From the NCBI RefSeq assembly GCF_006345805.1, contig NC_042999.1, positions 108,376,001-108,440,000 on the forward strand: a stretch of DNA of 64,000 bases, given 5' to 3'. Position numbers and translations under genes: made by a program. Below the pieces are notes generated by a model. It saw only the letters and a list, made by a program, of their open reading frames with translations, was not told where the DNA came from and did no database searches. Shown in pieces: positions 49,631-63,742 of the stretch. Numbering within the stretch: position 1 is the first letter of the stretch; each line of letters opens with the position of its first letter. This DNA is from Octopus sinensis (lineage: Eukaryota).

Positions 49631-51419
49631 ACAAGCTGCAGCATCCATCATCGGCGGCGGTGGTGGCACCGTCATTCGCATATCTTATAATTGTTATAAC
49701 TATTGTTGTCATTAAATGTTAATCTGAAGCCCATCTGCATCCCCCACCCATCTCTTCACTCATCTTAAGAAAATATCTGATTTAATTTTCTGGACTATTT
49801 GTCACTTCTGAAATAGTTTTCATCATCATTGTCACCATCACCACAAACACCACCACCATTATCATCATCATTATGTCATCTTTGCTAAGAACCCTTTAAT
49901 TGTTCAGTGATTCGATAATTAGATGATGGCTACAAATACAGTTGTTATTTATCTATGTTGACATGAAAGCACATGACGAGCTGTATAGTGAGGGTGTGGT
50001 GGGGAGGGGGAGAAATTCTTGGCCTTTCTCAGACATCTATTCCTGTATGTCTCCATTGCTGAGATCTCTGAAATTAAAGGAGTGTGTGTGTATGTGTGTG
50101 TGATTGATTGCATGCATACACTGTATTTGTGTATGAGTTTTAGAAACAAAGTTGTGAGATCTTTGAGCATGCTTGTGTGTGTGTGTGTGTGTGTGTAAAT
50201 GTTCATGTGTGAGCACAGATAAATTTGTGTATGAGTTGTAGGAACAAGTGTGTGTGTGTAAACATGAGAACTAATTATGTTTACTTGTGTTTGTGTTTAT
50301 ATAGACTTCTGTATGTGACAATAGATATGTATGTCATTTGTGTGTGTTTGTGTGTGTGTAGTATATCTAACATACAGTGAGTTAAAAAAAAAACTGAATA
50401 AAATATACATAGCTTTAAAAAGATATCCAGTCATCTTAAGCAGATGCTCAACAGGACATCTTCCAATTCATGTTAAGTTGCAAAATAACTCTACCAAAAG
50501 CTAAAACAAAAAAAAATTGCCCTAAAAATTCATGTGTGTATGCAATTTAAAAAATGCTTATCTTTGTATCGTGTGTATGTATGTATGAATATGTCTATAT
50601 CACTCTACATAATTTTGTGTGCAATGTATATATTTGTGTTATACATGTTGTTATTTAATCCTAGACTAACCAAAGATAATCCAGGAATGACTATCACTTA
50701 ATTTTTTTAAGCATAGTGTACCTCAGGCTAAATTCTGTAGTGTCTCATTTGTTTGGGTGTAGTTTAAGAAAGATTTGGCTACTATTTTTAGTAAGTCAAG
50801 TAACCTTATAGTGGCTTCTTCTTTGGCTCTGTTATATGTTTTGTTGTTTAGCCCTGAAGCTAATTTTGAAGAAACAAACCAGTGTTATATTTTGTTTGTT
50901 TGTTCTCTTGATAATGTGTGTTTAGAACTACATTATACAATCTGTTCTCTATTTTCTAGATAGTGGAATGTGACTTGAAAGAAAGACTTAGCTCCTATTT
51001 CTAGCCCAATGAGTGATCATAAATGCTCCTTTACTGGTTCAGTGATATATTTGTTGTGTGTATGCGAGTGCTTGCCTATAAGTGTTTGTATTGGATGCAA
51101 TTTTTTGAAATTGAAATTGCAGGGCATTAAGAAACCCAAAGCATTTTCATACCTTTGAGCAATAACTGCTTAATCCTTTTTGTTACCATATTTCTATTGA
51201 AATAAACTGCTTTTGTTTCAATTAATTTTGAAAATAACGAAAAATTTAGTAAAACAATTTTGTCATTATTAAATTTGTGTTTGGAACTTAAATTAACATG
51301 AAATTTTGATGGGAGATTTTACTTTGATGGAAGGTTTCACTTTGAAACATAACGTTGGTATTATGCAACCAATGGCACTCGCTAGCACTTTGGTATCAAA
51401 GTTATCCAAAAAGGGATGA

Positions 51420-51750
51420 TATTCACACTTGGTTAGGCACTCCATCAGTTATGACAACGAATGTTCCGGTTGATTTGATCAACAGAACAACCTGCTTATG
51501 AAATTAATGTGCATGTGGCTGAGCACTCCACAGACACGCATATACTTAACGTAGTTCTCAGGGAGATTCAGAATGAAACACAAAAGGTAACAAGGGTGGC
51601 CCATTGAATTACAGGTATTAACTCATTTTTGCCAGCTGAGTGGACTGCACCAATGTGAAATAAAGTGTCTTACTCAAAGACATAATGTGACACTAGGAAT
51701 TGAACTCACTACCTTACAATTGTGAGCTGAATACACAAGCCACAAGCCTT
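51420..51750 (-). mobile_element. SINE family C-related element
   Basis: Minus strand: GAGTTCAATTCC B-box, then TGTCTTTGAGTAAGACACTTTATTTCACATTG...CCACTCAGCTGGCAAAAATGAG (CORE-like). Confidence 0.7.
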
Positions 51751-52394
51751 AGTTACTATGAATACAAAATGGAAAATACAGTAACTTGGTGCTGAGTAAA
51801 CATTATTCACTGATTGCTTGCTGTTGTTTAGATCTGGGTCAGAATCATTTAAACAGGTCTGTAAGAGACATTCCAATATACTGTTTTATCCAGACATAGC
51901 ATATCTAGTATTAAAACATCCAATGTATCCTTTCTTTTTTAAAAATGATAGGGTGTGAGTTGAGGGAAATTTGAGTAATATCTAAGTAGCCAAACAATAG
52001 AGAACAATCGAGGGGGTGGGGGCTTGATGTATGTTTGAGTATGAAGAATTTTTTCAGATAAATAGAGTCTAAAGTAACATGATCAGTTGCAATAGGAAGT
52101 AAGTGTGTCAACAATATAATAGGACAATCGTCTCCTTGGTTATGAGCCAATAAATACTAACAGGAAAGTGAAATTTTCACTGTTCCTAAATCTTGACTTT
52201 ATGAAGCATGGCTGTTCCTTTTACTATCTCTTGAAATTATAGATGGTGAACCCCATGTAGTTCCTCTGGTTGCAATCAAGCAGTGAATCTGATACTTGGT
52301 CTACCATTCCTTTGGAGAGACAAGATCTTCAAGATGACTTTGCTGTATGTTTGAATTATATGTACAATTCATCCAATGAGCTTCTACACAATTT

Positions 52395-52540
52395 CCTTTT
52401 TCTCAGTTTCACTCACAAGCTATGGGTCATCCTGAGGCTGTATAAAATGATTTTGCTCAACATGCCATGCACTGGGATCAAACCCAGAATCCTGTAGTTT
52501 CAAAGTGAACTTCCTAATCATTTAACCTTGCTGTACCTAC
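52395..52540 (-). mobile_element. SINE family A, 5' part (decayed)
   Basis: CACTCACAAG...TTTGCTCAACATGCCATGCACTGGGATCAAACCCAGAATC on the plus strand. Confidence 0.6.
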
Positions 52541-53269
52541 ACACATGCATATACAGGCGAGATATATGCATATATACACATAAATACATATACACACAAG
52601 CATGCAAAATATTTACATATAAACACATTAATATTTTATATATACATCAACTGGAAGCCAACAAAGGAACCACTACATAATCAATAAATGTACTAGAAAT
52701 AGTAACCAAATCTCTTCTACTCTAAAACATGAAGAACATTGGATAATGTAGTCTGAGATAAACTACACATGAATAGATGAGATGGTCATGGCTAGTATAC
52801 CTTTAATCATTGGTTTGCTTGGCTGAGGTTGACCTGGGGCTAAACAACAACACACATTTTGCTTTGCTTTCTAAGCCATGTTTTAAAGATTTTTCTTCCA
52901 ATTATTTCTGCTCTGGAATTTCATTGTTGTTGTTCAGTGTCTGTACAATCTTTGCCTCTTTCTATTAGCCTTCTAAATAAACATCAATGACACTAACTTA
53001 AAAAAAGGAAGAAGAGAAAAATCATGAGAACTGTTATTTTTCAGCCAAACAATTTCTTTAAAGGCTGTAATTGAAAGAAAACTGAAGCAATATAATCAAT
53101 AAAGTTTCTTAGTAATGTTTGGTATATTGTACGGTTCACTAATATCTGAAACCAGTTGTTTTGGGTTCTTTACATCTAAGTTGCATAGAGCATAAGTGTT
53201 GAGATGCGTTTTGGTTCTGTAAAAGATAACATTTTTTTGGTAGCTTTATGTGTGTACATATAATAAGGG

Positions 53270-53520
53270 CAAGTGACCTAGTGGTTAAAGCACTGGGTTC
53301 ATGATCACATAGTCATGAGTTCAATTCCTGGAACAGCCAGTACATTGTGTCCTTGTGCATGGTACATAATTTCACATTGCTCCAGTCTACTCAACTAAAA
53401 TGAGTATCAGCTGCGTGCTGACAAAGCCCTTTTTCTTTCCTCCAGTTTTCACATTCTTGATATTTTACTGGGTTAAATGTTGCCAAGTGACTGTACATGT
53501 CTGATTACAACTACCTAGCT
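53270..53520 (+). mobile_element. SINE family C
   Basis: GACCTAGTGGTTAAAG...GAGTTCAATTCCTGG...TGTGTCCTTG...TTTCACATTGCTCCAG. Confidence 0.7.
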
Positions 53521-53591
53521 ACCTAAAACAATTAACTAAAACATGGTATGTGTTACTGCTATGCTTTTATGTATATATATATATTTTTTTT

Positions 53592-53821
53592 TACTTGTTT
53601 CAGTCATTTGACTGCGGCCATACTGGAGCACCACCTTTAGTCGAGCAAATCGGCCCCAAGACTTATTCTTTGTAAGCCTAGTATTTATTCTATCGGTCTC
53701 TTTTGCTGAACCGCTAAGTGACAGGGACATAAACACACCAGCATCAGTTGTCAAGCGATGTTGGGGGGGACAATCACAGACACACAAACATATACACACA
53801 CACACGTACACACACACACAT

Positions 53822-53868
<47 letters not shown>

Positions 53869-54024
53869 ATGGGCTTCTTTCAGTTTCTGTCTACCAAATC
53901 CACTCACAAGGCTTTGGTTGGCCTGAAGCTATAGTAGAAGATACTTGCCCAAGGTGCCATGCAGTGGAACTGAACCCAGAACCATGTGGTTGGTAAGCAA
54001 GCTACTTACCACACAGCCACTCCT
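53592..54024 (-). mobile_element. Full-length SINE family A
   Basis: End-to-end homology with 20280-20748 and 55088-55473. Confidence 0.92.
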
Positions 54025-55087
54025 ATTTAATAACAAAAGTAAATTAGACATTAGATCGTCTGAGATAACTGGTATGTAGCAAAGGGTTCACATCACTATG
54101 ATAATGGTACATTTTTCCGTTATAGTGATAATGTGTTAGATGTTCAGCACAACTAGCAGACACATGTTTCATGGTATTATTGTTGTCAGCTATTCATTAT
54201 AGATGATCTGAATGTAATTCTTTTATTATCAAAAATACTACTTGAATTATTTAACAAGATGAAATTAATTAATAAGGATACTACATAGATACTATCATTA
54301 TTAAAATGTATATATAGTCTTTTAAAAAATAAGTAACTATTCTTAAAAAACTGTAATTGTTATAATGAACTGTCACCCTATATGTTTCAATTGAGAATGG
54401 AAGAATAAGATATTGAAAGTATTTAAACAGAAATGTTTGCATTCTGCATTTTACATCTTTCTATACTAGTTCACTTTCATAGGTTGACTTGACAATATAT
54501 ACAATTTTAGAGCATACACAAGTAAAGTTGAAAGTCACTTTCGAATTTGCATATTGTTTTGAAAATATATGAAATTTACTAATGAATTTTACACAGCGAT
54601 TATAATAAAACTGACTAAACACTTCATTTCCTATGCACTATAACATTAAAAAAAAACTGTTTAATACATGAGATACATTTTTTCTAGCTTTTCACATCTT
54701 ATTAATAGTGATGTGGTTTATACATGAGTGTACTTTATAGAAATGAATAAGATATGTTAATATTGTATGTTAGAGAAAGTTTGTAATGTAGAAATTCCTT
54801 CTGACAAAAGAAAATATATTTTCATCTACCTTCCGTGATGGCATAGATTGGATGAGTCATCAAGATCTAAATCAGTTTTTATTCAGAGTTACTGACTTTT
54901 TAGATTGGTTGAAGAATCACATCTTGCTCAAACATTCCATTTTTGGTATCATTTCTTAGGCTGCATGCACCTTCAAACACCAACCATTTTACAAAGTGTA
55001 CTGTATTCATTCTGTCATTGCACTAACACTTGAAATTCAGTCATGTTTTCACTATAGGGGCCTCTCAACTCTATATTACATCTGTTC

Positions 55088-55473
55088 GGCTGTGTGGTAA
55101 GTAGCTTGCTTACCAACCACATGGTTTCCGGGTTCAGTCCCACTGCATGGCACCTTGGGCAAGTGTCTTCTACTATAGCCTTGGGCCGACCAAAGCTTTG
55201 TGAGTGGATTTAGTAGACGGAAACTGAAAGAAGCCCGTTGTATATATGTATATGTATATATATATGTGTTTGTGTTTGTTACCCCCAACATCGCTTGACA
55301 ATTGATGCTGGTGTGTTTACGTCCCTGTAACTGTTCAGCAAAACAGACCGATAGAATAAGTAATAGGCTTATAAAGAATAAGTCCTGGGGTCGATTTGCT
55401 CGGCTAAAGGCGGTGCTCCAGCATGGCCACAGTCAAATGACTGAAACAAGTAAAAGAGAGTAAAAAAAGAGAG
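55088..55473 (+). mobile_element. Full-length young SINE family A
   Basis: GGCTGTGTGGTAAGTAGCTTGCTTACCAACC...GAAACAAGTAAAAGAGAG, CpGs retained. Confidence 0.93.
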
Positions 55474-57349
55474 TAATCACTTCATATTGTATTGTGGGTG
55501 AATTGTACTTATGAGGTTTTCCTTGTGATCTGCTAGACTAAACCATTGACACTCTTGTGGTGAACAGAAGAGTGAGTAAGAAATAAGAGGAGAGCAAGAT
55601 TATGACGAAAGAGAACAAGATAGTGATGGGGGGAGTAATGGTAAAGATATAAAGCTGGAGGGAGAGTATGTGGTGGTAGTGGGGGGAAAACAGCATATTG
55701 TTACAGTGGCTCTGAGAGAGATTGAGTGGAGGAAGAATAAAAGAGATAGTGACAGAGAGAATAGTGATAGAAAGATGAGAAGCTATCAATGTGCAGATGG
55801 TGGCTTAACAGGGCATATTGGACCACAGGCCTAAATGTCGGAGGTTAGGAGGCAGCGGATGGAGACTTAAGAGAGATATATTGAATATCCCAGCTTCCAT
55901 CGTTACAATCATTTTAATATTCACTATGCCATGCATGAACAGGTGGGCGTATAATTTTGATTAATCTAAGGAAGCAAAATCTCCAATACAAATTGCTTGA
56001 GATAAGCTAAGAAGTTAACTGAATGTGGTTGCTACAACAGATTAATAAGATTTGAAGAAAATCCATGCATTTTAAAATTCTATGCACGTATTTTAAAAAC
56101 GTAGTTTCATTCTTAATTTCTTGTCTGTTGTTCCATTTTAAGTTCAGTGAAGCATTAATTTAATTTATTTTAAATAAAATTTGAAACAAAAGTAAATATT
56201 TGCATAAAAGATATCTTTAAAACTCATTTCTAAACATTTTCTTATATCTTTTAATAAGAAGAGAACAACCAGTAGCATTTGTATATTACAAAAGAATTAT
56301 ACTTCCCACTGAAAACTTATATAATTTCAAAATTACAGACTTATCTTCTAACGTTTTGCTAAAAACGACTTGAATAAGCTCCAGAGAAACTAGGACAGAG
56401 CTGTTCTTTGATGTCTTGTTATTATTGTTGTTGCTGCTGCTGGTGTCTTATATTTATGATCTTCAGTTGATTTAGTTACAAATACCAATAATATTTCTTA
56501 GAAACAATTTGTAATGTATTACTTTTTAACATGACTTCTTAAAGCAGATGGAAGTAAAAGTTATATCATTTTAATAAATAGATTCTTCATATGTTCTGAT
56601 TATGTTTTCCAGCAATATATGAGAAATTCTTGTTATTTTACTTATGTATTTAGCTTGTAATTCTGAAGGCACATAATTAGTTGTCTTATCTAAAATATAT
56701 GTAATATTTACTGTTATCCTTACCCTATTCAAGTAACCTATATAAATACTAATACTTAATTTATGTTTTTCTTATGTGAAACACAAAAATGTAGATTATC
56801 CTTTTGCTTGATTGGCAGAAAGAATTTTTGGTACATTATGTATTGTTTAGCCCTAGACACACTTATCCATAGTCATTCCATCCATGACTATCCTATCTAT
56901 TTTTTTATAGAAAATTTATACCCCAGATTTCATTACCTCAATTGGTACATATTAAAGACAGCAGGGTGTGATGTATGTGAGATTTTCCTACTATTCCTAG
57001 TAGATCAAGCAACTACTTAAAAAGCTTGTTGGCTTATAGCAATCGGTCATCACCATTATCATTTTAACATTTAATTTTTCATTCTTCCATTGGTCACACA
57101 AGAGTATATTGAATCAGAATTTCTATTGCCAAATGCCCAGATGTCCTCCTGTCACTAACCTCCTCTTGCTCTGAATTAGGGGTAATAATCTCCCAGTCTA
57201 TTGAATAAAAAAAACAACCCAGACATTCTTTCTTGATGGTTCTCATGCAAACCCATTGTTTACAAATCAGAGAAAGTAAGGGGAATATGAACTCTTACAT
57301 ACATATATAAATATGTGTACTTACATACATATGTATGTATATGCACATA

Positions 57350-58030
57350 TCATCATCATCGTTTAATGTCTATCTTCAATGCTGGCATGGATTGGATGGT
57401 TTGATAGATGCTGGCCATCCAGGGAGCTGTCTAGACTCAAAATCGTCTGTTGTGGCATGTTTCTACAGCTGGATGCCCTTCCTAATGTCAACCACTTTAT
57501 AGCATGTACTAGGTGCCTTTTACATGCCACTGGCTTGGGTGCATTTATGCAGTACTTGCACAAGTGCATTTTATGTGGCACTGTCATCATCTGTAATGGA
57601 CAAGCCTTTATGTATGGATGACAATGATTTCACTTAATTTGACACATCTTCTCAGTGGGTCAACCTAAAACCATATGGTTGGGAAGTAAACACTTAAACA
57701 CTCAGTCATGCCTGCACCCAATCATCATCATCATCATCATCGTTGTTTAACATCCACTTTCTATGCTAGTATGGGTTGGATGGTTTGACTGAGGATTGGC
57801 AAGCCAGGAGCTGTACCAGGCTCCAATCTTGCATCAACCATGCTCAAATGGTACTTTTTACATGCCACCTACATGGGAGCCAATCTGGTGGGACTGGCAT
57901 CGACCATTCTCGAATGGTTCTTTTTTACGTGCCACCGTTCAGGTGCCAGTCAAGCAGTACTGACATCGGCCACGACAATGATTTCACTTGACTCAACAGG
58001 TCTTCTCAAGCACAGCATATTACCCAATGA
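57350..58030 (-). mobile_element. Two tandem RTE 3' UTR fragments
   Basis: Each begins (ATC)n-GTTTAA...CATGG(G/A)TTGGATGGTTTG on the plus strand, at about 57350 and about 57720. Confidence 0.8.
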
Positions 58031-58039
58031 TTGAATAGT

Positions 58040-58600
58040 GATAACTGTGAGAGAAGTGATTAACAAAGAATATCCAGTTCTGTGTTGCATTAATAATTTC
58101 AGAAAAGAGCTTTGATAGGGTTCCATGCAGTACAGGCTGATAGGCAATAAGAAATTATAAATTATAAAATAATGATTTTGAGTCAGTAGTTTCACATGAA
58201 TCAGATAAAAAGAGGAATTTAGTAAAATGAGTACAATGGAAATTTTGTTATATAATTGGGCATTCATCAAGGTTCTAACTGTAGCCCTATTTTCTTCATT
58301 CTGATCTTTAAGACATAATGAATGAGTTGAAGACTATTCTCATTACAAAATCTGTCAAAGATCTAAAGATTCAACTGGGTTGGCAACTTATTGAAAGGAT
58401 GAGCATCAATAGACTTGATCATTATCAGGATCTCTAGGATTAGTTGAAGGAAGTTGTTCCCAAATTGGAAAGTATGTTGAATGTTTGCCACAATGGATTC
58501 TGCTAAAGGCTTCCTCAGATCAGGAAACCATGATAATAAAAGGATCAGAAAGCAAATATATTTTTCAGATTCTCTTCATATATCAGTAAAAGTTAACAGA
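58040..58600 (+). mobile_element. Old RTE reverse-transcriptase fragment
   Basis: EKSFDRVPC...GIHQGSNCSPIFFIL...DIMNELKT aligns by eye with DMEKAFDRVP and GVHQGSVLSPLLF; many stops. Confidence 0.6.
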
Positions 58601-59447
58601 TATTGATGTCTTTTAACATGATCTTCCTGCATTTTAAGATGATATTTCAAATTTAATATTTTTACAATATCAATCAAGTTTATACTTCAGTTAATGATCT
58701 ATCTTCACCTTATCAATTATTAAATTATTAAATGTTTTTTTTTTGTACTCATTTCTAGTTAGTATATATTTTGTTTGCTCTAACTGTCTTTGTTGAGGTT
58801 ACTTTGCTAGTTATAATTTTATCCACAGATATCATGTATCAAACTTTGCCTCTTCCATCTGTTTAACATTCAAAGCAAGTCTAGAACTTTATGTGAGGCT
58901 TCAAATAATCTCATTTGTAAAACATTCAGTGGCATTCTTTCACACATTTTCTACATGAATTTAATCCTTAAAGAAATGTGCTATCCATACAATGTTAACA
59001 TAGTTCATGCATAGTGGTTTTACCATTGTCTTGGATAAGTTTTTCTTTTTTTTTTATTTCCTATCAGGTTCTTCTTTTATTCTAAGAACTTTAGCTCTCT
59101 TAACTGCAGCTGTGGCTCATTTGCAGACATTTCAGTCTTTATCAATTATAGCACCACCTCAAGTCTCTTTGTTAACAACTTTGAAGATATTTTTGAATTT
59201 ACATTATTTAATACAAATGTAAGCCTTTACATTTTTCTTCATATTGAATGATTTCTTTATATCATCTCACAGCATATCAATGTCTGCTACCTCAAATGAA
59301 TATGCTAGTGATCAAAAGATATTGTAAATACCCAATAGCATCAAGATGTTGTTCCTGGGTGTGATTAAACATAGACCTCATTCAAAGAATGGATAAAATG
59401 GGAAAAATAATTTCCTGTCGTCAATTAGGAGATGAGATTCTTTAAGG

Positions 59448-59820
59448 CCATGGTCCCTGACTTTTTTTAGCACCACTGACTAGTTTCCTGCAAAATAGCT
59501 TTTCCATAAACTGAGGAATTACCAGTATCACCATTATCATCATCTAACATCTGTTTTCCATGCTGGCATGGGTTGGATGGCTTGACCAGAGCTGACAAGC
59601 AGGAAAGCTGCACTAGGTTCCAGTCTGATTTGGCTTGATTTCTACAACTGGATGCTCTTCCACTTTACACTTCCACACCAGTCACTTTACAGAGTGTGGT
59701 GGGTGCCTTTTACATGGTACTGGCAGACTGCAATAATCAATGGAATATAAAAATAAAATTTTGAAATTACTTCTTCTACAACCTAGTTCTGGTCCACAGC
59801 TCAATGGTTGTGGACCCCTA
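59448..59820. mobile_element. hAT (Charlie-like) MITE containing a nested RTE 3' UTR (about 59527-59730, minus strand)
   Basis: Exact 8-bp flanking repeat CTTTAAGG at 59440-59447 and 59821-59828; decayed TIRs CCATGGTCCCTGAC / GGTTGTGGACCCCTA, close to CAGGGGTCCCCAACC. Confidence 0.7.
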
Positions 59821-59877
59821 CTTTAAGGCACAGCAAGATAAGACCATTTGTGGCCCTTAATTGGAACCAATAGACTA

Positions 59878-60201
59878 CCGTATTTGATGGCCTATAAGAT
59901 TCACCTTTTTTTTTTACCTCGAAATGGTTTTAAAAATCCTCCTACATCCAATGCACTCAATGTAGGCTCAAAACTCACTCAAAACAGTATCTATGTTTAT
60001 AAAATGTATGCTGCCATCTATTGGTGAACAATCGCCTACGGTATGTTTATATCGAACGTGGATGCAATAAATTGCTTATAGTTACTGATAATAACATAAA
60101 GTTATACAGGTAGGTGGAGGAATTAAAACATTATTTTATTTTACAAAAGTATAGTCTCAGTGTCCTATGCACTCACACATCTTATAGGCCATCAAATATG
60201 G
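59878..60201. mobile_element. Tc1/pogo-type MITE
   Basis: 22-bp TIR CCGTATTTGATGGCCTATAAGA / TCTTATAGGCCATCAAATATGG (1 mismatch); TA flanks at 59876-59877 and 60202-60203. Confidence 0.88.
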
Positions 60202-61009
60202 TATTCAGAAAGATGAATAGCAGGTTGATGTTACTTTGCCTCATTTCAGTCCTGACTGTGCAGACCTATGATTAAAGACATTCTAGTTGTAACCATCTTG
60301 TTTTATTTTCATATAGTTTCTCCAGAACTATACTATCCAGTGTATCACATCTTTCCTGAGATAGTGAAGTAGAATTCAATGGAGATTGGGGTGTTATTTC
60401 TTACAGGCAAGCAGCTGTGTAGAGGCTTCATTTTTGACTCTATGTGTTGGTAAATTCTCCTAGAAGATAACAATAAGTACAACTTTTTTACACAGAGAAG
60501 GAAGTGAGGTGTCATATATAATGGTTATTGAATGAAAAATCTCTGCAGCTTTAGAGAAAATAACTTGGGTACAATTCTTCAATGTGTAATATCAAGTATC
60601 AAGAAAGACTAAACACAGAGGAGTTGTTTACAAGCTATTAATAAATCAAGCTTAAAAAATGAACTTATGTACATGAAAACATCTTTAACCTGTAGATTAC
60701 AAAATAGGCATCACAGATACTAGCTGATGTAAACATTTATGTTACAGCTACAGAATGCAAATGGAAGGTATATATATATCCAGTGAATCATTGTCCTGCT
60801 TCGATGTGTCATGATAAATACAACGAAGGTAACATGACATAAAATCAAAGTATACAGAGAGATATGCACAAACACAGAGCTTCCAACAGAGGGCAGCAAA
60901 GCAAGAGTTATAATTATGTCTCTTAATTCAAACATTGAATTGGCTGAACTGTATTTCATAACCCACCCTCTTCACTCTCTCTCTCTCTCTTTCAATCTTA
61001 ATCTCTTAG

Positions 61010-61200
61010 TCTATTATAAACACATGGTTTTGGATTCAGTCCCATTCTGCACCATTTTGAATGAATGTCATGTACTATAGCCTCAAGCCAATCAAAACCT
61101 TGTGAAGTGGATTTTGGTACAGGTAGAAACTGAGGATGTGTGTGTGTCTTCTTGTCTTGATATTGTTCATTAGTTGTCAACAAGTGGTGTCATTTATTTT
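61010..61200 (+). mobile_element. SINE family A (decayed, deleted)
   Basis: CACATGGTTTTGGATTCAGTCCCATT...TACTATAGCCTCAAGCC...GAAACTG. Confidence 0.65.
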
Positions 61201-61529
61201 CAGCTAAGGTAAAAAAAAAAAACACTTGCCCAAGATGCCAGGTGGAGGTATTGAATGTAGGGACCTTGTGATTGTGAAGCAGATCTCTTAAATATATCAG
61301 TCATGCAGTGTTGCAATATTTTATGGAGGAAACATTCGATCTTTTATCTTGAATATTTACACTTGGTGACTTGTAAGAGAACCCCCATTATATTTTGAAA
61401 GTTTTACGACTAGACAATGATGATTAATAACTAAATGTAATGGATTGTGACTAAACAATGATGTCTGACAATGATAGTTTTGACTAAAGAATGTAAATCA
61501 AAAGTATCAGAAAATTATGTGTGTGTGTA

Positions 61530-61920
61530 AGTGGCTGTATGGTAGGAAGCTTCAGGGTTCAGTCCCACTGCATGACACCTTGAGTAAGTGTCTTTTACTA
61601 TAGCCTCGGGCTAACCAAAGCCTTGTAAGTGGATTTGGTAGGCAGAAACTGAAAGAAGCCCATTATATGTATATATATATGTATATATATAATAATATGA
61701 ATATATTTGTGCGTCTGAGTTTGTCCCCACCACCATTACTTGACAACCGATGCTGTTGTGTTTATGTCCCCATAACTTAGCGGTTCAGTAAAAGAGACCA
61801 ACCAATAGAATAAGTACTAGACTTACAAAGAATAAGTCCTGGGGTCAGTTTGTTTGACTAAAGGCAGTGTTCCAGCTTGGCTGCAGTCAAATGACTGAAA
61901 CAAATAAAGGAATAAAAGAA
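61530..61920 (+). mobile_element. Near full-length SINE family A
   Basis: GTGGCTGTATGGTAG...CAGTCCCACTG...AAGAATAAGTCCTGGGGTC...GACTGAAACAAATAAAGG. Confidence 0.9.
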
Positions 61921-62651
61921 TGTATATATTTACACACACACACATGCATTTTGATTTGTAAACAAAGCTTTATTCTATCAATATATTCATCCTTCCATTA
62001 ATTGCTTAACACATGCATACACAAATAAATTCATCTGTCTGACAGACAAATTTTTAATTGCTGGCATTTCTACTACTGTTAATTAATCCTGTAGTTTTGC
62101 TGTTAGCATATGAGAACCCATGAAATGGAAAAATATCTTACTTGGAAAACTGGTATGGGTTGATGAGTGTTGGTGACAAAAAAATGCAACAAGTTGTAGA
62201 AAATCTCCCTCAGCAAGTATAGAAAAATGACATAGAAACAAATGAATTTCAAATTGCTTCAACATCATCCTGTGCTATTGATATTAAAGATCCTTGTTGT
62301 CACTTTATTAGTTTTTAGTAGTTGGCTTATTTCAATTGATAAATTTGTTAACTAGAAATAACTACATCAAGCAGTTACTGAGTTTCATCGCAAATTTTGT
62401 TAGCAAAATGTTTGGTTAAAGTGTAACTTCTTGTTCTCTTCTTTTCTTTTCACACATTCTCTGTGGGTTTGATGGAATGGGCAGTGTGGCTAATTCCATT
62501 AATATTCATTCTGAACCTTCACAAGTCAATTGCAGGGAAGGAATTGGGAATTTCTGGACTGGAAAGACTGACCAGAGTTAGTCCCTTATCTTGTTCAGTA
62601 TGATCAGTTGAAATTTTGATTTCATGAAATGTTATAGTATATATTTGGTGG

Positions 62652-62806
62652 TCTTTCTTTCTTTCTTTCTTTCTTTTTATTTTTCTTTTCTTTTATTTCT
62701 TTCTTTTCTTTTATTTCTTTCTTTCTTTTCTTTTATTTCTTTCTTTCTTTTCTTTTATTTCTTTCTTTCTTTCTTTTCTTTTATTTCTTTCTTTTCTTTT
62801 TTTTTT
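62652..62806. repeat. Pyrimidine tract with higher-order unit ATTT(CTTT)nCTTTTCTTTT
   Basis: Single A residues at 62679, 62695, 62713, 62735, 62757 and 62783; spacing 16, 18, 22, 22, 26. Confidence 0.95.
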
Positions 62807-63629
62807 GTAAATTCATTCAGAAAGTATTTTATGATCACTTTTTATCTGAAGTTTTCCTTATTTCCAGAAATGTCTTTATTATTCATATATAGAAAACACA
62901 AGACAAGTGAGTGAATGAGAGAGAGAGAGAATGAATTTACATAGTCATTCAGCCTACTAGAAACAGAAGTTAATTACCCTTGAAATTTTCACCCCAAATG
63001 GATGATTGATCACAGCTGTAATTCCATTGATCCCAGGTCTGTTTGATCAAAACTGACCAGCAGCTAAACAGCAACAACAACAATGATGCCTTTGTAAATG
63101 CTGACCTTGTTTATTATCAAAATAAACCAGTTTCTCTAAAATTCACATCCTGTTCCATATATTGATGTTTTAGTGTCAGAACATTTTCACAATTTCTGGA
63201 TTGTTTCTTCAAACCAGAATGAATGTTAAATTACATTATTGCAATGTCTTTCACAAGAGGATCTTGGGAAAATTAATGAAATGGGGAAGAGGATAAAATG
63301 TCATGTTTAATAAAACAAAGAGTGTTATGAATTTTCTAATACTTGGCCAACATCAGTGTGAAGAAAGAAGAATTATATGAGTACAAATATTATTTTGTCT
63401 TCTCGTCAATAAAGAGAAAATAGCAAAGATATTTTTTTTTTTTTTTTATGAGTTGCTGGGATTTCAGTTTTAGAAACACTGCATGCATCTCCTTTATGGC
63501 AAGACACCTATCTCTGTCCCTCTATTCATTCTTTAGTTTCCCATCACCTGGAACAAAGTCACCTTCCTTAATACTACTCTTCCCTCAGTTATGGGGTCTT
63601 GTTTTGCAAGTTATTTGTTGCCCTCAGTA

Positions 63630-63742
63630 CTGCTTCTGCAGGTGCCATGTAAAAAGCGGACAGTGAGCTGGGCTCAGTCCACTAGCTGTCAAACTGTCCA
63701 GCTCATGCCAGCATGGAAGGAGTACATTTAAATGATGATCAT
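63630..63742 (+). mobile_element. RTE 3' UTR fragment
   Basis: CTGTCCAGCTCATGCCAGCATGGAAGG...ATTTAAA(TGA)n. Confidence 0.65.

Noticed and set aside
55538-55900. Possible antisense CR1/L2 3' relic or hydrophobic membrane ORF
   Set aside because: Purine-rich low-complexity sequence; similarity too faint to support either call.
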